Shown in pieces: positions 58,222-64,000 of a DNA stretch of 64,000 nucleotides (the first letter of the stretch is position 1; each line of letters starts with the position of its first letter). The position numbers and the translations under genes were made by a program. The stretch is from a virus (Duplodnaviria > Caudoviricetes). The stretch lies in the IMG/VR virus record IMGVR_UViG_3300026549_000037, positions 96,001-160,000 of that record; one strand, written 5' to 3'. Below the pieces are notes generated by a model that had not been told where the DNA came from, made no database searches, and was given only the letters and a program-made list of their open reading frames with translations.

Positions 58222-58701
58222 TTAGTCACGAGGGTCAAAAGCAACGTCAATCCAAAGACTGTTTCCTGCCTCGGAGTCATAATAAAGTTCAGCATTTTCA
58301 ACAAATAGCTCATCGGAAAGGTCATTCCAATCCAAAGAGCCGACTGCAACAGAGAGACAGGTATGTCCACCTCCAATTATCCATTTACCCTTAGATGTAT
58401 TGTAGATTGCAATTTTGGTATCTTTGGAGAGGATTCGAATAAAATCCTTAATGGAAACATAGTGGTCAGGGTTTACAGTCTTATTTTCCTCCCCGTTTAA
58501 ATAATTGCAAGCCGCCTTGAAATCTTCAAGGAAATAGTGACCCTGAGCCCAATAATGACGCTGATAATCAATTCCCCATGCCACAGTATAACGGGGATGA
58601 CCATCATCAGTCCAATTGCACAGGAGAGTGCGGTCAAGTTCTTTGTTCTCCGCAACGATTTCGTAAGTGATGCCATTGTCATTCTTAAACTCTCTAACCA
58701 T
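58222..58701 (-). CDS. hypothetical protein
   Basis: SD GGAGGT; YTVAWG...WAQGHYF. Confidence 0.75.
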   Translation of the reverse strand: MVREFKNDNGITYEIVAENKELDRTLLCNWTDDGHPRYTVAWGIDYQRHYWAQGHYFLEDFKAACNYLNGEENKTVNPDHYVSIKDFIRILSKDTKIAIYNTSKGKWIIGGGHTCLSVAVGSLDWNDLSDELFVENAELYYDSEAGNSLWIDVAFDPRD

Positions 58702-58745
58702 TTTAAATACCTCCAAATATTTTTTAATAAATTTCGAAAAAAGAC

Positions 58746-59010
58746 TTGACAAATGTGTAAAGATATGCTATAATTAAGTCACAATCTAAAAGAGACCTGC
58801 AACCTCAGATAGATTGTGACTTGTATAAGAAATCAACTCGCATTAATTTCTATGTTTAACTATTAATACCTAACAGGTATTATAAGTATAATCAATGTGT
58901 ATGATTTTACTCATGTGAAATCACCTCTTTTCTCCCTCTATAGGGAAAGTTAAGCTTTGCAGGAGCTTAATAAAAAGGACGAGTAGCTGCTAACTACCCG
59001 TCCTTTTATT
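58746..59010 (+). ncRNA. antisense unit D
   Basis: TTGACA 58746 / TATAAT 58769; bidirectional terminator AAAAGGACG.GTAG...CTAC.CGTCCTTTT. Confidence 0.6.
58843..58914 (-). CDS. KHRN peptide D, TAG at codon 15
   Basis: SD AAGAGGTG; MSKIIHIDYTYNTC*VLIVKHRN. Confidence 0.7.
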
Positions 59011-59011
59011 T

Positions 59012-59494
59012 TTATCTGTTCTGCTTGCCAACAAAAGCAAGATTTTCTAACTTGATAGTCAGAACATCAGGCTTTTCATCAAGCTTGTTGAAATATGATG
59101 CCTGAATAAGACCAGTTGCCTGAAGGTCAGCTTTCTTGATTTCCTTACCGTCAAGGAAATACTTAACCTTAGACTTATTGGGAGTGCTGTGAGCAACAAC
59201 ATAGATGTTATGCTCACCAGCCTTGTTGGTGTGCTCAATAAAACGGTCAGAACCAGAGAGATAAGTTCCCCAAGTCCTCTGCTGAGGAACATAGCCCTGT
59301 TCCATCTTTGCCTTGATGGAAGCCTTGTTTGTACGATTGATGCCGAAGCGGACAGTTGCAAGGGTCTTCTTGTAGGCAACGTGACCAGCCCTCTTTGCTG
59401 CGGCAGTTAACGGAAGGTCAGTAGTCCATCCGATATTGGTGAAAGTCCCCTTGTGGATAGCGTTGATGATGGTCATAGCTTCGTTCTTGTTCAT
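59012..59494 (-). CDS. hypothetical protein
   Basis: SD AAGGAG. Confidence 0.8.
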   Translation of the reverse strand: MNKNEAMTIINAIHKGTFTNIGWTTDLPLTAAAKRAGHVAYKKTLATVRFGINRTNKASIKAKMEQGYVPQQRTWGTYLSGSDRFIEHTNKAGEHNIYVVAHSTPNKSKVKYFLDGKEIKKADLQATGLIQASYFNKLDEKPDVLTIKLENLAFVGKQNR

Positions 59495-59545
59495 GATTTT
59501 GTTCTCCTTTAAATTAAAATAGATTTTTATTCAGAAACCCAGATT

Positions 59546-60739
59546 TCACTCTGGGCTGTCTGTTTTATTGTAAACATCAAAAGCATATTCTTGCTGGTAT
59601 TTTTGTTCAGCTTCTTTTCTTGCTTGTACAGCTTCTTCAAAAGATGGGAAAAATTTATTTAAAACTTTTTTCTTTTTTACTGTTAAATTGGCTAACCACC
59701 TCTTTTTCCCACGCGGATTATAAGAAACACCTTTTACTCCTGTTGTATTTCTTGAATTGGCATGGGAGTTCATACTATTTTGATAAGGTTCAACCACTCT
59801 TAAATTGTTTTTGCGATTATCTCTTATAAGATTGCCAGTTTTAGGATGCCTTTTATGGTCTACAATCCTTTTATCATCAAAATCCAATCCCATAATAAAA
59901 CGATGCAAAAACAACTTTCGAGCTTTTCGATGTCCAATACTAAAATTAGCAAACACATAACCTTTATTACTAAATGTCCAATAATATTCGCTAATTTTTT
60001 CGTAATCTTCTTTGTCGATTAGGAAATATTCTCCGTTTTTGTCATAAACCGTATAATAATCCCCGTCATCACTTAATTCATAAACATTGTGTTCTCTTCT
60101 TTCTTTTCCTGCGTCTATTAAGGCACAGCCACATGATTTAACACTTCCGTTTTTTAAGTTATCCGAAGATACTGAAACTAATAAAGGATTACCACAATCA
60201 CATTTGCAAAACCATCTTGGTTTGGCGCGATTACCTCTATTATAATCAGGAAAAAGAACAGTAAGTTTATTAAATTTTTGTCCCAGTAAATTTTCTCTCG
60301 TGCTTCTATTATCCTCTGCTTGGCACCCACAAGAAGTGGTATGCCCTGTGGTTAAATTGCTTTGATTAATAGAATATGGAATAACATTACCGCATTCACA
60401 TTCGCAAAACCAATAGCGTATATTATTATGTTCTGATTCCTCCCTTTCTAAATCTTCTTTTATTACAATTAGTCTTCCAAATTTACAGCCTGTTAAGTCT
60501 ATTCTTTTTTCAAATGCTTTCTCCTTTTTTAAACATCCACAAGACCTAACAGGATGTTTTCCTGTTAAATTGTGGCGTTCAACTGAAATTATAGTATGTT
60601 TTTCACAAGAACATTCGCAGAGCCAGTAACTTCCTTTGGGTTTTCCTTCAGATTGTCTTTGTTTTTCTTTTTCTAAATCTTCTTTTATAACAGTTAATTT
60701 TCCGAAAACCTTTCCTGTATAATCTATCTTTTTACTCAT
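59546..60739 (-). CDS. HNH/AP2 homing endonuclease with three Cys-rich repeats
   Basis: Three G.KF..L...W.C.C.C...SCGC repeats; LHRFIM...VDH...DNRKNNLR; AP2-like C-terminus. Confidence 0.85.
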   Translation of the reverse strand: MSKKIDYTGKVFGKLTVIKEDLEKEKQRQSEGKPKGSYWLCECSCEKHTIISVERHNLTGKHPVRSCGCLKKEKAFEKRIDLTGCKFGRLIVIKEDLEREESEHNNIRYWFCECECGNVIPYSINQSNLTTGHTTSCGCQAEDNRSTRENLLGQKFNKLTVLFPDYNRGNRAKPRWFCKCDCGNPLLVSVSSDNLKNGSVKSCGCALIDAGKERREHNVYELSDDGDYYTVYDKNGEYFLIDKEDYEKISEYYWTFSNKGYVFANFSIGHRKARKLFLHRFIMGLDFDDKRIVDHKRHPKTGNLIRDNRKNNLRVVEPYQNSMNSHANSRNTTGVKGVSYNPRGKKRWLANLTVKKKKVLNKFFPSFEEAVQARKEAEQKYQQEYAFDVYNKTDSPE

Positions 60740-60768
60740 AAATCCTCGACTTTCTTTATTGGAGAGGC

Positions 60769-61773
60769 TTAGGCAGCCTCTCCAATAATTTCATAAACTT
60801 TATTTAATAATGGCATTCCAACCATAACATTGGTAAATCCCATTGGAGTTTTAGGGGTTCGCAGTGCTACAGGGTGAGACTCAAAGTCAGAAATTGCAAG
60901 GAGCCCCGCATATCCTGTATTTTTAAAATTCTCAACATCAGCCTGCTTGTAGCACTTCATCAGATAATCAATCTGACAAAGATTGCGAATCTGGATAATG
61001 TCCTTATCCTCAGTATGAACAGGGAACAGTTCCTTTGCCATTTCAAAGAACTGATTTTCACTGAAATCAATCTTTGCATATTCCTCACACTCCTTCTTGA
61101 ACTCCTCAAGATACTGCTTCTGTCCCATAAGAGTGAGACGTGCCGCCTCAAGCTTATGATTCATAGAAGAACTATGACGAATACTGATTTCATTTACCAT
61201 GCCCTTACGAGCACGAGCAAGGCAATTGGAACAAAAGATGCGGATGCTGACATAAGAAATGGAGATTGCCCTACTTCCATCGTGGGAGTTTTGAAGTAGG
61301 AGATAAGGCTTATAATCATCACCAAGAATATTCATTCCCTCCGTACTCATGGTAATGATGTTTTTAGCTCCATTGGTTCCATAACTTCCTGCGGTTTCAA
61401 AGTGAGCACCTTCTTCCACAAGAGAGTCGAGGAAGTCAAAAGCATCTTCATTGTTCAGAATCTCATAGTTGGGAGAAACAATACCAAGAGACTGCATGGT
61501 ATCAGTACGAACCGTAGCAACCTTATCCTTGATTGCATAAGGAGTCTGAACCATAATCTGCTTATCTCCCATCATCTGAACAACGGGCTGAGTAAACTGG
61601 ATAGGGAACTTCTCAACCTTGTAGTTGAGTCCAGACAATTCGAGAGCCTGAGCAAGATTGCCAGCAGAGGTGATGTCCTTACCTACGCCATCGGTAAACA
61701 CAGTGCGCTGAACATTGTCAAAACGAGAAGCGATAGGAGCGACTTTCTCACTATTGAACTGAAGAATACCCAT
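60769..61773 (-). CDS. DUF932/DUF945-family protein
   Basis: VRTDT...LGIVS..Y...N, LQNSHDGS, IRIFCSN, IRHS. Confidence 0.85.
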   Translation of the reverse strand: MGILQFNSEKVAPIASRFDNVQRTVFTDGVGKDITSAGNLAQALELSGLNYKVEKFPIQFTQPVVQMMGDKQIMVQTPYAIKDKVATVRTDTMQSLGIVSPNYEILNNEDAFDFLDSLVEEGAHFETAGSYGTNGAKNIITMSTEGMNILGDDYKPYLLLQNSHDGSRAISISYVSIRIFCSNCLARARKGMVNEISIRHSSSMNHKLEAARLTLMGQKQYLEEFKKECEEYAKIDFSENQFFEMAKELFPVHTEDKDIIQIRNLCQIDYLMKCYKQADVENFKNTGYAGLLAISDFESHPVALRTPKTPMGFTNVMVGMPLLNKVYEIIGEAA

Positions 61774-61826
61774 AATATTTCCTTTCTGCGTTTAAGCTCG
61801 CCAGCTTTTTTGTTTTTGTTGAGATA

Positions 61827-61855
61827 ATTATATCACAAAAGTTTGGATTTGTCAA
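61827..61855 (-). promoter_or_regulatory. sigma-A-type promoter
   Basis: TTGACA-N17-TATAAT on the - strand. Confidence 0.8.
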
Positions 61856-61905
61856 GGACTTTAGATTAAATAATCTAAAGTTTTTGAAGGTGAAGGGTGG
61901 AAGAT

Positions 61906-62439
61906 TTACTTCCACCCATATACCTTCTTAATGTAGGGAGCAAGGGAACGGGTGTATCTGGTAATGTCTTTCTTGGTGACTGTGCCGTTGTAGACTTTCC
62001 AGAGGAAATTGTCAGCTTGGTCAGAACTGATGCTTGGCTTAAGCTCTCTGTAAATACAGATATGACTTGCATCATGATGAGTTTGCTTACATCCGAAATC
62101 ATATCGGTCTACATAGAAATCAGCGTAGGCACAATCTCCGAAGAACGTAAGACATTCTCCGATATTGTGACCGTAAAGCTTATATCCAAGCCTACGACCA
62201 TTCCAAAGACCAATATCAGCAATACAGACGATACGTCCCTGAGTATAAATATTGAGATTCATGCGCTCATCATCAAGATAACTGTTATTGAGTTCATACA
62301 TCTCTTCTCTGAGCGTGTCATCGTCAACATCGGTAGGGAGACCATTAATCTCTCTGTTTTCGAGCAATCCCTCCTTCCAATCTTCAAGGTCAAGGTCGTA
62401 ATTTTGCCAAATGTGGTGGATAGGTTCTCTGGTTTTCAT
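61906..62439 (-). CDS. hypothetical phage protein
   Basis: IADIGLWNGRR.GYK...HHDA...YR; SD GGAGGT. Confidence 0.8.
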   Translation of the reverse strand: MKTREPIHHIWQNYDLDLEDWKEGLLENREINGLPTDVDDDTLREEMYELNNSYLDDERMNLNIYTQGRIVCIADIGLWNGRRLGYKLYGHNIGECLTFFGDCAYADFYVDRYDFGCKQTHHDASHICIYRELKPSISSDQADNFLWKVYNGTVTKKDITRYTRSLAPYIKKVYGWK

Positions 62440-62563
62440 GTTCGTACCTCCATAATTTTATTTGAGTTTATTTTAAACCATCCAAGATGGTTTGTCAAGG
62501 GGTTAAACTAAAAAATAGTAAATTTAAGCGCCAATGCAACTACTACAATAGATATAATCGTCT

Positions 62564-62827
62564 TCATCGAGATACGCAGACGGGAGAGCCATTGTGCTTC
62601 CACAACAAGTACATTTCACAATCATTTGCCATATTTTTCAGAATTTTAGCATACTCACGATGCTCTTCTGCATATCCCTCCCACTGTTCAGCAGATTCCT
62701 TAGTATCACTACCCAAAGCAAAGATATGGCAGTTGGATGCAGTATCCAATTCATCTTTTGCCGCTTCAAGGTACATCTCCTTCATCCATTCAATCATATT
62801 CTCCGTCAAATTCATGTTCTTAGCCAT
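62564..62827 (-). CDS. hypothetical protein
   Basis: SD GAAAGGA. Confidence 0.75.
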   Translation of the reverse strand: MAKNMNLTENMIEWMKEMYLEAAKDELDTASNCHIFALGSDTKESAEQWEGYAEEHREYAKILKNMANDCEMYLLWKHNGSPVCVSR

Positions 62828-62907
62828 AATATTTCCTTTCTCCCCGTGTAGCCAGTTAGGTCAGCTTAAATGTGTTGTTTGTTAATGTGAAGTTGATTTG
62901 TTAGATG

Positions 62908-63999
62908 TTAATCACGAGGAGTAACACAAACCTTGAGTTTATTTTTCTTGGCATACTCGCAAATAGCTTTGTATTCGTCCTCTGTGATACTACGGTTAGA
63001 AGCTCCTCTTGCTTGAACAATGGCTTCGTTTTCAATTTCAATAGTAACCAAGGGCTTGTCAGTAGCTTTTGTCTTACGAAGGAAAACAATCAGGCTATTT
63101 TTCTTAAGAATTTTAGAAATGTAGCTGGCAACACAATGATTCAACGCAGAACCTTCATGCTTGACATCATCTGCATTCTTAGGACGAATAATACTGTATG
63201 TTTTATCCTCCGTGATAAAAGGTGTGAAATCTTTATAGGCATTTTCAAACATCTCCGCCTGTTCCTCGGTAAGCTTGACTTTAAAATTACGAGAAGTAAT
63301 ATCATGAGTCTGCTTGAGGTAAGAACTGTAAAGAGTAGGCTTAATATCCATGGAAATGCACATATCAAGATAGTCACGAAGCTCACCAATAAACGAGTTT
63401 AAAGTATTAAAACCTTGGTTGATAGTTTCTTCACAGACATAATCCATAAACTTGCCAAAGGTGTAGAACTGATAGAATTTGGAATTTCTATAATAGTAGT
63501 TTGTCCTCATATAACACTCTAATGTAAAACTGAAAACATTTCCATTTCCATCAACACTAACATGATTGAATTCGAATTCTTCGTCCCAATACTTAGCTTT
63601 TTCAATAATATCAAACCATTCCTGATTTGTGTAATGGCAGAAATCCTCTAAAGTCAGTCCTTTGTTATAATAATTATACTCGTAATCATACTCGTTTTTC
63701 TTAAATGCGGAATCAACGATAGACTGCAAACTCATCCAATCATCAAGAATATTTCTGTCATTGGCTTCTTTGTATTCTGCTTTCGTAAGATGAACAAGCT
63801 TGTAAACAGGTTCAGCAGTTTCAATTGTAAGGCTAAGAAGAGCATTTTGAATAGATTTGGGAGCAGTGCGGAAGATGATTTCAGCAGATTTATTTCTACT
63901 TAATGCAAGCTTTAATTCTCTGAAAGTAAATTTAGGTCCAATATTCTCAATAGGAATACCCCAAGCCTGAGAGATGAAATAAACTGCACTATCACCCAT
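62908..63999 (-). CDS. PcfJ-like protein (5'-truncated by the window edge)
   Basis: DYLDM...LKQTHD...HEGSALNHCVASY...VFLR...VTIEI...QARG..N. Confidence 0.85.
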   Translation of the reverse strand: MGDSAVYFISQAWGIPIENIGPKFTFRELKLALSRNKSAEIIFRTAPKSIQNALLSLTIETAEPVYKLVHLTKAEYKEANDRNILDDWMSLQSIVDSAFKKNEYDYEYNYYNKGLTLEDFCHYTNQEWFDIIEKAKYWDEEFEFNHVSVDGNGNVFSFTLECYMRTNYYYRNSKFYQFYTFGKFMDYVCEETINQGFNTLNSFIGELRDYLDMCISMDIKPTLYSSYLKQTHDITSRNFKVKLTEEQAEMFENAYKDFTPFITEDKTYSIIRPKNADDVKHEGSALNHCVASYISKILKKNSLIVFLRKTKATDKPLVTIEIENEAIVQARGASNRSITEDEYKAICEYAKKNKLKVCVTPRD

Positions 64000-64000
64000 T

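Noticed and set aside
51728-63402. + strand ORFs in the right arm (e.g. 53502, 55380, 61897)
   Set aside because: Shadows of SD-supported - strand genes

Overview
AT-rich segment of a large tailed-phage genome, probably infecting a Firmicutes host (strong AGGAGG Shine-Dalgarno sites, many TTGACA-N17-TATAAT/TATACT promoters). No structural or core replisome genes are present. (1) 1-6.6 kb is a dense tRNA/ncRNA cluster: intact tRNAs (Asn, Leu, Met, Gln, Ile-UAU, possibly Arg), degenerate tRNA-like RNAs, repeated structured RNA families, and a tRNA split by a group I intron whose predicted spliced anticodon is CUA (amber suppressor). (2) 6.6-42.8 kb holds + strand accessory genes: CYTH, cell-wall hydrolase, HNH, deaminase, a DUF2828-like (TROVE-like/vWA) protein, macrodomain, radical SAM, three FETNSSS paralogs, HAD and cyclic-phosphate receiver domains, and many small hypotheticals. 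(3) 42.8-50.5 kb has origin-like palindromes, iteron-like repeats and an HTH protein. (4) 50.5-64 kb holds convergent - strand genes. Two candidate systems stand out. (A) An amber-gated circuit: the intron-dependent CUA tRNA plus four small ORFs (three homologous 23-aa peptides ending KHRN), each carrying one in-frame TAG and each overlapped by a promoter-to-terminator antisense unit; one membrane-anchored gene also has an in-frame TAG. (B) Seven covarying CGAC-stem/CAGCAA RNAs, some carrying tRNA pieces (one a circularly permuted tRNA with YrlA Y-RNA topology); the seventh copy lies in the leader of the DUF2828-like gene, suggesting a divergent Ro60/Y-RNA-like system. All family calls come from motif recognition by eye; no searches were run.
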